A DNA stretch of 64,000 nucleotides from Myxococcota bacterium (GCA_965140415.1 OZ223209.1:1344001-1408000); one strand, 5' to 3'. Shown: positions 39,900 through 48,979, counted from the stretch's first letter. Numbers and translations: made by a program. Notes: generated by a model not told the origin, from the sequence alone.

Positions 39900-42218
39900 T
39901 CAGAACGAAAGCGCCAAGGAACCACTGATCAATAGACCCGGTGCTTCGGAAGGTGTGGTCGGTACGCTGTAAACATCGTACTTTTCGTTTAACAGGTTTT
40001 CAATAGCGAGCGACCACTGGATGTAATCCGTAATTCCGCCGGACAACGCCAGATCGAGAGAAATGTAATGATCCAGTTTTTTGGTCTCCGTGTTTTCCAG
40101 ATCGACGTAGCGCTCGCCTTCGTAACGACCGCTCAAATCGATGGCGATCCATTTCAGGTATTTGAAAACGACGCCCAGCCGCGCGCGGTGCAGGGGCTCG
40201 AAGGGCAGGTAGTTATCTTCAATCGTCGCATCGGCATCATCTGAAATGACGGTGGAGTAGTTGAAGTTATATCCGCCGTACAAAGACCACATCTCGTTGA
40301 TATCGAATTGCAGTTCCGCATCCACGCCGATCGCCTGCACTTCGGTGATGTTGTCCACCTGCGACTGATTCTCGCCGATGCTGCGATAACCGATGAAATC
40401 GTAGCCTCGCGTATAGTAAGCGGTTAGGCGGCCAAGGAAGTTTTTCATGAACCACTGATCCAGGCCGATTTCACCCGACCAGGCGCTTTCCGGGTCCAGT
40501 TCCGGGTTTCCGTACAGCAGCAAGGGACCGCGCGTAAAGACGGTGTACAGTTCGAACAGCGTCGGCGCGGCGAAAGAGCGACCCGCCGAAGCACGCACGG
40601 TGGTCATATCATCGTAACGATACACGAACGACAGCTTCGGGTTAACGGCCACCCAGGAACGGTCCTGGTAATCCTCGTCAATCGGGTCGTTGGGACCGGG
40701 TGCCGTATCCACGCTTTTGCCGTCGCCGCTGCGGCTGTAGTCCATGCGCACACCGGGAGTCAGCAGGAATTTGTGTTTGCCGGCTACGAACTTCATTTCA
40801 TCCTGTGCGAACAGTGAGGTCAGTAGCTGGTTGCCTTCGGCGTTTGCCTTGCGTTCCACCAGGGCGTACTTATTATGTTTGTCCATCATGGTGAAACTGG
40901 TGTCGAGTCCGACGGTCATCGTGTTGAAGTCGGCGACTTTGAAATCGGCCTGGAACAGCTCGCCGAACTTCATGGTGTCGTCGAATTCGGAGTGCTCGTG
41001 CTGGGTGTAGTCCGGGCGGGCTCCCAGATCGACTTTCCGCATCAAGAAATGCGCGTAAGCAGAGGCCGATAGGTTGATATCGTTTTTCATCTCCCGTTCG
41101 TAGCTCAAGCTCAGCATGGCGATCTGGTTGTTCTGCTCGTCGGTAAAAATACCCCGGCTGAAATCCTCGTTGACGTAATTGACGTTCAGGGTAAGCTGCG
41201 AGCGGTCGTCCGGCAGCAGGAAGAAACGACCCATCACGCTCATATCGGTGCGGGCGTTTTTAACGTGATAGGCTTCCGGATCTTTGGCTTGAATGTAGCC
41301 GTCGGTTTTGTAAATGCCGCCGCCGATCATGTAGCCGCCTTTTTCGAACATGCCGCCTTGAAGCAGGGTGGCTGTCATTGTATTCAAACTGCCGTATCCA
41401 GCTTTGATTAGCGTTTCATTGTTGTTCTTCGGCTTTTTCGTGATGATGTTGATCACGCCGCCCATCGCGCCCGAGCCATACAGCGCGGACATGGGACCAC
41501 GAACGATCTCGATACGGTTGATGGATTCTTTGGGAATCATCGACCAGTTGACCGCGCCGGTAACGCCGTCGTTCATCGGGACGCCGTCTAAAAGAATCAG
41601 CGTGCGTTTCTGCTCGTGAATCCCGCGCAAGGTGATATCGCGGCCCGGGCCGCATTCGGCGGCGTGAACGCGCGAGAAAGAGACGCTGGGTATGCGCTTT
41701 AAGAAATCATCGACGGTTTTTTCCGGCGCGCGTTCGAGTTCTTCTTTTTCGATGACCGTCACCATGGCGGGCGCGTCTTTCCAGGAAGACTTGCGGCGGG
41801 CCGCCGTGACTACGATTTCGCCAATCGAGGCGGATTCTTCTTCCTCAGCTTTCAATTCCGTTTTATTTGCATTTTGCTCGGAAACGCTTTGAGCCTCTGT
41901 TTCTGCGGTTGGGCGCGTGTTGACCTGCTCGTTTTCATTTACGGATTCATTCGTTTCTGTTTTCTCTGGCTCAACTGCTGCCGTTTCAGCGCTTGCCGGT
42001 TCGACGGCTTTTGGTGGCTCGTTTTCAGTCGCGGCTGTCGCCTGAATTGCTTGCTCCGTTGGGCTAGCTTGTACGGCGTCGGAATCATTTTGAATTAAGG
42101 TGGCCGGCTCGACCTTGTTTTCCGCTTCGGTTTGCGCGAATCCGGATAATGGAATGCTTAGCAAACAAACGAGCATTGCGAAGAAACTGATCCGAAAACG
42201 CGCGGATTGACGTGACAT
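39900..42218 (-). CDS. TonB-dependent receptor (BtuB/CirA-like)
   Basis: EIVVTA TonB-box region, ILLDGVP, RIEIVRGPMSALYGSGAMGGVINIITK plug motif, ENLLN, terminal Phe. Confidence 0.95.
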   Translation of the reverse strand: MSRQSARFRISFFAMLVCLLSIPLSGFAQTEAENKVEPATLIQNDSDAVQASPTEQAIQATAATENEPPKAVEPASAETAAVEPEKTETNESVNENEQVNTRPTAETEAQSVSEQNANKTELKAEEEESASIGEIVVTAARRKSSWKDAPAMVTVIEKEELERAPEKTVDDFLKRIPSVSFSRVHAAECGPGRDITLRGIHEQKRTLILLDGVPMNDGVTGAVNWSMIPKESINRIEIVRGPMSALYGSGAMGGVINIITKKPKNNNETLIKAGYGSLNTMTATLLQGGMFEKGGYMIGGGIYKTDGYIQAKDPEAYHVKNARTDMSVMGRFFLLPDDRSQLTLNVNYVNEDFSRGIFTDEQNNQIAMLSLSYEREMKNDINLSASAYAHFLMRKVDLGARPDYTQHEHSEFDDTMKFGELFQADFKVADFNTMTVGLDTSFTMMDKHNKYALVERKANAEGNQLLTSLFAQDEMKFVAGKHKFLLTPGVRMDYSRSGDGKSVDTAPGPNDPIDEDYQDRSWVAVNPKLSFVYRYDDMTTVRASAGRSFAAPTLFELYTVFTRGPLLLYGNPELDPESAWSGEIGLDQWFMKNFLGRLTAYYTRGYDFIGYRSIGENQSQVDNITEVQAIGVDAELQFDINEMWSLYGGYNFNYSTVISDDADATIEDNYLPFEPLHRARLGVVFKYLKWIAIDLSGRYEGERYVDLENTETKKLDHYISLDLALSGGITDYIQWSLAIENLLNEKYDVYSVPTTPSEAPGLLISGSLALSF

Positions 42219-42468
42219 AACGCGACTTCCTCCATGAATTCCTGTACGATTTCAAAGGTATAACTAAAGAACAACTAGAAATGACCAACGCGATACTATG
42301 ACGCAGCAGGATTTGAGGTCCAATTAAAATTCATTAATGAACCGCGTTTCACTGAATCTTAACAAGCGGGGTCGGGATTTGGCAAAAGCTTGAAAGCGGA
42401 AAGGGGGTAACAGCCTGTAATTATGCGGGTATTATAGATTGTTGTCGCTCGATTGTAGCTATCTTCGG

Positions 42469-42566
42469 GTAGGTCGGATTCAATGAATCCGATAAAGAAT
42501 AAATGAAGTGATAATGAAATAAATGCAGTAGAAAGTAGTAAAACGGATTCAGTGAATCCGACCAAG
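42469..42566. repeat. Inverted pair of palindromes (GTAG-REP-like or operator)
   Basis: GTAGGTCGGATTCAATGAATCCGAT (42469-42493) and CGGATTCAGTGAATCCGACCAAG (42544-42566). Confidence 0.7.
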
Positions 42567-42569
42567 TTT

Positions 42570-43670
42570 CTATTCCAACGTTAGCATGCGTTCAAGCGCG
42601 AGACGCGCTTCGGCGGCGATGGCCGCAGGCACTTCAATTTTTGCGCCACCGCCGTCTTGCATCACATCCAAGGTATAAGCTAAATCGTTTAACGTCGTGC
42701 GATACATATTCACGCACATCGGGCAGATATCTTTGGAAAGAGCCACGATTTTGCGGTCTGGATATTCATCAGCAAGGCGAGAAACGAGATTCAATTCCGT
42801 GCCGATGGCAATCGTCGATCCGGCGGGTTGATCTTGTACGAAAGCGACGATCTGCTTGGTCGAGCCGCTGGCGTCGGCAGCCTGAACGACTTCCTCCCGG
42901 CATTCGGGATGAACGATAATGCGAATATCCGGAGTATCTTCGCGACGTTGCTGAATCTGTTCCAGCGTAAATTCCATGTGAACGTGGCAGTGGCCTTCCC
43001 ACAAAATAACGCGCGAACGGCGAATCGCTTCGGGCGTATGACCTCCCAGCGGCAATAGCGGATTCCATTTGATGACCTGCTCGCGGTCGATCTTTAATTT
43101 GTTGCTGGTATTTCGTCCAAGATGTTGATCGGGAAAGAAAAACACCCGCTCGCCACCTTTGCGATCGAAAACGTAATTGAAGGCTTTATCCGCGTTGGAA
43201 CTGGTGCAGATCAAGCCCTTGTTTCGTCCGCAAAAGGCTTTCAACTCTGCGGTGGAGTTCATGTAAGAGATCGGATAGGTGTTGTCTAACTCTATGATAT
43301 CAGACAGTTCTTCCCAGGCTTGCAGCACTTGCTTGGCCGGGGCCATATCCGCCATGGGACAGCCTGCGAAGGGATTGGCCAAATAAACCGTTTGCTCTGC
43401 TCCGGAAAGAATATCCGCCGATTCGGCCATGAAATGCACGCCGCAAAAAACGATGTAACGCACCTGTTTCTGCGCGGCGGCTTTGGCGGAAAGATCGAAA
43501 CTGTCGCCCAGGAAATCATGAAAGGGAACGATTTCCTTACGTTGATAATGATGGACCAGGATCGCCAATTGCTCTCCCAACTCTTGTTTTCGTTTGAGAA
43601 TGATTTCCTTGCAGGCATTCTCATCGAGTTTGCGATATGCTTCCGGCAATTCAACGATCTGTGGCATCAA
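42570..43670 (-). CDS. nadA: Quinolinate synthase
   Basis: HHYQ, FCGVHFMAE, AGCPMAD, YMNS, CTSSNA, GHCHVH, HPEC, CVNM. Confidence 0.96.
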   Translation of the reverse strand: MMPQIVELPEAYRKLDENACKEIILKRKQELGEQLAILVHHYQRKEIVPFHDFLGDSFDLSAKAAAQKQVRYIVFCGVHFMAESADILSGAEQTVYLANPFAGCPMADMAPAKQVLQAWEELSDIIELDNTYPISYMNSTAELKAFCGRNKGLICTSSNADKAFNYVFDRKGGERVFFFPDQHLGRNTSNKLKIDREQVIKWNPLLPLGGHTPEAIRRSRVILWEGHCHVHMEFTLEQIQQRREDTPDIRIIVHPECREEVVQAADASGSTKQIVAFVQDQPAGSTIAIGTELNLVSRLADEYPDRKIVALSKDICPMCVNMYRTTLNDLAYTLDVMQDGGGAKIEVPAAIAAEARLALERMLTLE

Positions 43671-44137
43671 TTCCTCCGATTGAAATTCAGTACAACGATC
43701 CCCTTTCGATTAGCACAATCAACCGGTGCAGGCAAGTCTTGCGAGCAGCTTCTTTGGAAACAAAACAGGAATAACAGGTTTTATAAGGCAGCATGGGATT
43801 GCATGGTGCAGCATTGTGGATGAAAGCGCGTGATGGGGTTTTGCGAAATGGCAGGATGTTATATAAGCTGACATATGGCAGCGAACTGACAGTAGTGTAA
43901 GCTGTGCCATCTGGTGCGAAACGGGCACTAAACCACACTAAAACGACACTAAAGCGCACAAGGGGACCGTAAACGAGCACTTGGATTTTGCCGGAATGTA
44001 CCAATAAATAGCCAAAGGCTGCCATGTTGCCAAAATGCATGCATGCCCGGTGCGCGTCTTCGGTCAGTTAGTGGGGCTTTGGTGTCGTTTTGCGTGCTTT
44101 TACGGTCGGATTGGGACCGCCGAAATTCTGCGATTTT

Positions 44138-44197
44138 GGCGTTTTCAGACGAGGCTCGCAGCATAAAAAAGATGACCTCATAACGACACACCGCCTC
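44138..44197. repeat. 60-bp direct repeat, copy 1
   Basis: 54/60 identical to 46570-46629; last 32 bp identical. Confidence 0.9.
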
Positions 44198-44495
44198 TGT
44201 CCACCCATCGGATATCGTGAAGAAATAGCTCAAAAATGATATGGTGATGCTTGAATATTGCATAGCGTGGTCGATGTTATTGACTGCAAAGGTCGCCAAA
44301 CTGGATTATTAAATATCATTGGATTCTCCGCCTGCGCAGAGCATGACATCATGATCGACATCGATAAAATCAATTTGCACTGCAATAACCAGTTTATTAG
44401 AATTCAAGAACGCTGTGTTTTTATAGCCGGTTTGTGATATAAGGTTGGAACGGAGATAATTCAATTCTTCCATTCGATGGATTAGGGAGTATTTC

Positions 44496-45962
44496 ATGCA
44501 ACATTTACAGTCGCCGTTTTATCAGGCTGCGACGTATGTCGCCGTGATTGCTTGTTGTGCTCTGATTTTGTTCACGGCCTGTGATGATCAGGACGATACG
44601 GACCCTGGCGATGGTGATATGGAATCCGACTTGGAACAAGAGGCTGGTTTCGAGGATGACGACGCGGAGTCGCTTGCGGACGGCGATATCGAAAAGGATG
44701 GAGATGTTGCCGATGCGGATGGCGATATTGATGAAGAGCCAAAGATTGACGGGGATGAAAAGGAAAATGAACTTGATGCTGACATCGAGAATGAAATAGA
44801 CGGCGACGATCCCGATGGGGATTGGGATGACGAACTCGATGCGGAATCTGAAATTGAAACATGTCCGGTGATGTGGGAAGGCCCCGCTCCGCCCGATTGC
44901 CAAATATGGGATTGTAGCTTGGAACCCTGGCCGGATTGCTGGGTTTGCGATATTGTGGCGGATATCAGTCAAAACGGAATGCCTTGCTCCTATTGTGAAG
45001 GAGAATGCGATTGCACCGAGCAGCCCTGTATCTGTCTCGATGGGGTTTGCATCAACGATCCGAGTGTCGATGGGGATGCGGAAGACAGCGATCGTGAAAT
45101 TGATACGGACAGTGAACTTAATACTGATACAGAAGATGAAGAAGAAATACAGAATGCTACGGAACGTATCGTTGTTGCAGGCGATAGCTGGTCCTGCGGT
45201 ATCGTCGCTCCAACTCGAAACATTCTCGATGAGCGTGGTTTTTCCAGTATTGAGATTACATATTCGACCACCGCAGTTGCTGGTTCCACGGCTGTAGAAT
45301 GGGTGAATAACCATGATAATAAACTGCTAAAACTTTCCGCCGCATTGGACCAGGAGCCTCAAGCCGAGTTGCTTTTATTGGTCATTGGAGGAAACGATGT
45401 GAACGCCGCGATCTACAATGACGATTTCGACGATATGTCGAACGAGCAAAGATCTCAAGTTCTGGATGGTATCCGGGATAACATCAGGGCCATAGTCGAT
45501 TTCGCTCGTCTCAATCGTCCTCATCTGTCAATCGTTCTGGTTGGATACGATTATTTCCACTATCTTTTTCTTCAGCAATTCTATGGGTTAGGGGATATGT
45601 ATCTGGATGAATACAACCAGACATTCGTTAACCTGGGGCTCCGCAAATTGGAAATCGCAAATCAAGTGGATGGCTGCTACTACGCACACAATTTCGGTGT
45701 GTTGCAATACACTTTTGGTGATCGACCTCATCCACCTTATTCCCTGCCGCTTTTTGAATACCCTCCAGGGTATGTGCCCGCTCCGGGAATTGCACCCGAT
45801 TACACTCCTTTTCCTGGTGGGTTATACCAGATCCCTTCTCCGTTAGATCAGATTCCTGATGGAATCCACCCTAATGAAGAAGGGTTCACCGCCATCATGA
45901 ATCACGTGTTTGACCAGGGGATGGAAAACTTATTGTCAGGTTACGACTGGGTCATTCCTTAA
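44496..45962 (+). CDS. Lipoprotein with acidic DGD linkers, Cys-rich module and SGNH/GDSL hydrolase domain
   Basis: Lipobox FTAC, VAGDSW block I, IGGND block III, DGIHP block V. Confidence 0.88.
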   Translation: MQHLQSPFYQAATYVAVIACCALILFTACDDQDDTDPGDGDMESDLEQEAGFEDDDAESLADGDIEKDGDVADADGDIDEEPKIDGDEKENELDADIENEIDGDDPDGDWDDELDAESEIETCPVMWEGPAPPDCQIWDCSLEPWPDCWVCDIVADISQNGMPCSYCEGECDCTEQPCICLDGVCINDPSVDGDAEDSDREIDTDSELNTDTEDEEEIQNATERIVVAGDSWSCGIVAPTRNILDERGFSSIEITYSTTAVAGSTAVEWVNNHDNKLLKLSAALDQEPQAELLLLVIGGNDVNAAIYNDDFDDMSNEQRSQVLDGIRDNIRAIVDFARLNRPHLSIVLVGYDYFHYLFLQQFYGLGDMYLDEYNQTFVNLGLRKLEIANQVDGCYYAHNFGVLQYTFGDRPHPPYSLPLFEYPPGYVPAPGIAPDYTPFPGGLYQIPSPLDQIPDGIHPNEEGFTAIMNHVFDQGMENLLSGYDWVIP

Positions 45963-46559
45963 TGTCAGTCGATGGGTTTAAATCCCTCGCCTTTAGGCGA
46001 AACCTTGAGGTTTTTCAATTGAGCGTGATAATGTCTTTGTCATGGAGAAATATCGCACCAGTTCGCATTCGCGTTTCGACCTGAAGTATCACTTTGTTTG
46101 GATAACGAAGTATCGGAAACCCATTCTTTCCGGCGCGGTAGGCAAGCGACTAAGGGATTTGGTAATTGAAGTTTGCAAGGCGAATGAGATCGAAATACTG
46201 CAAGGGCATGTAGCCAAAGATCACGTTCATCTGTTCGTGTCGTGTCCTCCGAATTTGTCTCCAAGCAAGATCATGCAGAAGATCAAAGGAAAATCGTCAC
46301 GGAAACTGATGATGGAGTTCAAGCACGTGCAAAAAGCTTTCTGGGGTCGTCATTTGTGGGCGCGAGGCTACTTTGTTGCGAGCAGCGGTAATGTGACGGA
46401 TGAGACGATTCAGGAATATATCCGATTGCAGGAAGAAGGGGAACCGCCGGACGGTGGAGCCAATTTCAGAGTTGAGGGCGAAGATGCGTGACGACTTGAG
46501 TCGTCACGCCGTTGAACGACCACCCATAAATCCTTCGCCTTTAGGCGAAGGTAGTTTAA
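45963..46559 (+). mobile_element. IS200-type element (tnpA only)
   Basis: Subterminal hairpins TCGCCTTTAGGCGA at 45987-46000 and within 46532-46551, each preceded by TAAATCC; TTAAT at both inferred ends; boundaries approximate. Confidence 0.85.
46042..46491 (+). CDS. tnpA: IS200/IS605 family Y1 transposase
   Basis: YHFVWITKYR, HUH motif DHVHL, KGKSS, LWARGY, catalytic Tyr in YIRLQ. Confidence 0.97.
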   Translation: MEKYRTSSHSRFDLKYHFVWITKYRKPILSGAVGKRLRDLVIEVCKANEIEILQGHVAKDHVHLFVSCPPNLSPSKIMQKIKGKSSRKLMMEFKHVQKAFWGRHLWARGYFVASSGNVTDETIQEYIRLQEEGEPPDGGANFRVEGEDA

Positions 46560-46569
46560 TCAAGCAGAG

Positions 46570-46629
46570 GGCTTCTTGAGACGAGGATCGCAGCTTTAAA
46601 AAGATGACCTCATAACGACACACCGCCTC
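46570..46629. repeat. 60-bp direct repeat, copy 2
   Basis: 54/60 identical to 44138-44197. Confidence 0.9.
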
Positions 46630-46667
46630 CCACTATCCTGCTGATGTCGTGAGACTATGACTTAATA

Positions 46668-46695
46668 TTGACAGGCCGATGAGAGGTGTTATGAT
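46668..46695 (+). promoter_or_regulatory. Putative sigma70 promoter facing the 3' end of rloB
   Basis: TTGACA-N16-TATGAT with extended TG. Confidence 0.45.
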
Positions 46696-46763
46696 GGCTG
46701 GCCGGACTGTTGATCTGTAAGTTTTGTAAGTGGAGTGGAGGTTTGTGTAAAACAAATAAAATC

Positions 46764-47450
46764 TTATTCGTTGGAAGAGTCGGGAGAATTCGCCTTCTCA
46801 ATTTCCTCGTTCAACTTCTCGACTAATTTATAAACAGTGGTAGATGGATTGGGGAATGGTTCAGACTCACCTAGTTTTTCATAATCGTGATACAGTTTTT
46901 TCGCACGTCGTATAGCGACCTTTTGTCTGCCTAGCAATTTATCATACATACCAGGATCATTCTTTTTGTATTTGTATCCCAGTTTTGTATCCAGTTTATC
47001 GGATAGCTGATCGCGAGTATAGCCTGTAACAGTGTGATCGAAGTGCAGTAAATACCACAACTCGAAAGCTTCATTGGAGAAGGCTATTCGGTAGACGTCC
47101 TTTCCTTTGAACGGCTTATTAAGTTCTTGTATTTTACAGAAAGCTTGATTGATTTGTTTGGGTTTGAAACCATCTCGGTCAAACACGCACCAGACATGAT
47201 CGAAAGGCCCCTCTCTCATTACTATCTTTTCAGCGTATTTGACCAGTGAAATCGTATTTCGGCCTGCTCCTTTGATGGTGATCTGGACGGTGTTTTTATG
47301 CAATTTCTGGCGAAATGAATCAAAATACTGGGGTTCGGTTTTTTCTCCTTCACAAACGATCAGAATCGTTTTAAACGACTTACGTCTCCTTTCAGGTCGC
47401 TTTGGCCGCTGCCTTCGGATACGTCCCGATTTTTTAGCACCTTTACTCAT
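46764..47450 (-). CDS. rloB: RloB-like protein
   Basis: LIVCEGEKTE..YF, VWCVFDRD, SNEAFELWYLLHF, NPST; start overlaps the ATPase stop. Confidence 0.9.
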   Translation of the reverse strand: MSKGAKKSGRIRRQRPKRPERRRKSFKTILIVCEGEKTEPQYFDSFRQKLHKNTVQITIKGAGRNTISLVKYAEKIVMREGPFDHVWCVFDRDGFKPKQINQAFCKIQELNKPFKGKDVYRIAFSNEAFELWYLLHFDHTVTGYTRDQLSDKLDTKLGYKYKKNDPGMYDKLLGRQKVAIRRAKKLYHDYEKLGESEPFPNPSTTVYKLVEKLNEEIEKANSPDSSNE

Positions 47451-48732
47451 TGCATGAGTCTCCACCTGCAAAACCACCTAAAAACGGGATTGCTCCGTAT
47501 TTTCCTCGAAGATAATTCAAGTCTAGAGCCTCATCTTTTCTGGGACTGAATTCAGCCAAGCTATACAAATCGCTGGATTGATCCTGTCGCTTCTCAGTAA
47601 ACAGGATCTGGTCACGCCTGAAGAGGTTTGTGCGCCTATTAAGCAGGTTGGAGTCGTGAGTGGTTACGATGAGTTGCGCGTTGTTTTTATTCATTTTATC
47701 CGTACGAAACAGGCGCAACAACTCCATTGTAATCAGAGGATGTAAACGGGCATCTATCTCATCTATTACCAGCACCCGACCCTCTGCTAAAGTTTTAAGG
47801 ATAGGTCCAGCTAACGCATAGAGCTTCTGTGTGCCATGTGATTCGTGCTTTTCCAGATCGAAATGAACCTGTTTTTGGCCTTCGATCTCATGAACGGTGT
47901 TTATTGATGTCACACCAATTTTTCCAGTTTTTCCGTCATGGGAAAACTCAAGTTTACCCGCCTGCAAGCCTGCCTTGAAAAACTGTTCGAACTGGTTTTC
48001 ATCTAGTAATGTTTTGTTGTAGGTGAGGTTTTTAATACCGAGATCAAGTCCACACAAAAAATTATTTATTTCTTCAGAAAACGTTCCTTTTTGATGAAGG
48101 GAGAATGTAATTCCTTTGAAGGATGCAGGGTTAAAGCCATCAATGATGATCAGTCTTCCGAAATATTTAACAACATCCCCCGCTATTCTTCCATCCATTT
48201 GAGCAACAAGGGAAAGGAAAAGGGCGTTTTCCCGGGTACGTTTCTTAAGACCAAGCCCTTCTTTAAAAGCTGCTTTGTTGATATAGTAAACGCCATCAGC
48301 GTTTCGCTCGAAGAGACGAGTTTGTCGCTTCTTGCGCCTGAACAACCATTCTTCTATTATCGCCTCTTTCGTCACTTTAAATCCATAAGTATATTCGACA
48401 TTGCCTATAAAGAAGATCAACTCAAATAGAGAAGGTTCCTGAGCCGACTTTGGATCAAGTAGAAACGGTTCAACTTCAATGGGCTCACCCTTTTGCGTGT
48501 CTTTCGAGGAGTGCATAACCATATCTTGCATGTACCGAAGTGCCTTTACAAGATTTGATTTTCCGCTGGCGTTGGCTCCATATATAGCGGCTGTGTTTAA
48601 TAGTTTATCACCGTTCGGAGCCGTGAACAAATTTGTGCGTTCCATACCTTTTAGTTTTTCTTCGGCTTCCATAAATAGGGTTGCCTGTTTACGGAAGGAA
48701 CGAAAATTTTCGACGCTAAATTGCCTTAACAT
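47443..48732 (-). CDS. RloA-like AAA/ABC ATPase (AAA_21/AbiEii-type)
   Basis: VENFRSF, GANASGKSN, ESHGTQK, VIDEIDARLHP, TTH, RRDQI.F.EK, YL.GKYGAIP. Confidence 0.92.
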   Translation of the reverse strand: MLRQFSVENFRSFRKQATLFMEAEEKLKGMERTNLFTAPNGDKLLNTAAIYGANASGKSNLVKALRYMQDMVMHSSKDTQKGEPIEVEPFLLDPKSAQEPSLFELIFFIGNVEYTYGFKVTKEAIIEEWLFRRKKRQTRLFERNADGVYYINKAAFKEGLGLKKRTRENALFLSLVAQMDGRIAGDVVKYFGRLIIIDGFNPASFKGITFSLHQKGTFSEEINNFLCGLDLGIKNLTYNKTLLDENQFEQFFKAGLQAGKLEFSHDGKTGKIGVTSINTVHEIEGQKQVHFDLEKHESHGTQKLYALAGPILKTLAEGRVLVIDEIDARLHPLITMELLRLFRTDKMNKNNAQLIVTTHDSNLLNRRTNLFRRDQILFTEKRQDQSSDLYSLAEFSPRKDEALDLNYLRGKYGAIPFLGGFAGGDSCNE

Positions 48733-48979
48733 TTGATATTCCAGTTCTAAGCTTTAAATATTGTGAATTATCTGCACAAAACCCTTATAACATGCTGTTA
48801 TGGGGAGAGTCAATTGTTTTTGATTTATTCCGGATTTTTTATTGACCCATACCCAGTCGCAGGTCATGCAAATTTCTTGCCCGACACATGATAAGCATGT
48901 GGAGCGGGTCCGGAAATTAGGTTCCGACTGAGGAATTCGTAGGCTCCACCTCTCTCACCCTTCATAGCGGAAGTTTCAC

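Noticed and set aside
42219-42569. Cobalamin riboswitch or Fur box upstream of the TonB receptor
   Set aside because: No GGGAA/GCCACTG B12-box pattern on the minus strand; GATAATGA at about 42510 matches only about 11/19 of the Fur consensus in AT-rich DNA
43687-44497. Small ORFs in the nadA-lipoprotein intergenic region
   Set aside because: No clear RBS or motifs, mutually overlapping, and coincide with repeat/regulatory sequence
46042-46491. RAYT transposase mobilising the REP-like repeats, or a TnpB/omega-RNA system
   Set aside because: Typical IS200 TnpA with its own hairpin ends; no tnpB ORF follows
46610-46694. Integron attC site (TCATAAC...GTTATGA)
   Set aside because: Outer boxes are complementary but no matching L boxes at the expected spacing; no integron integrase in the window
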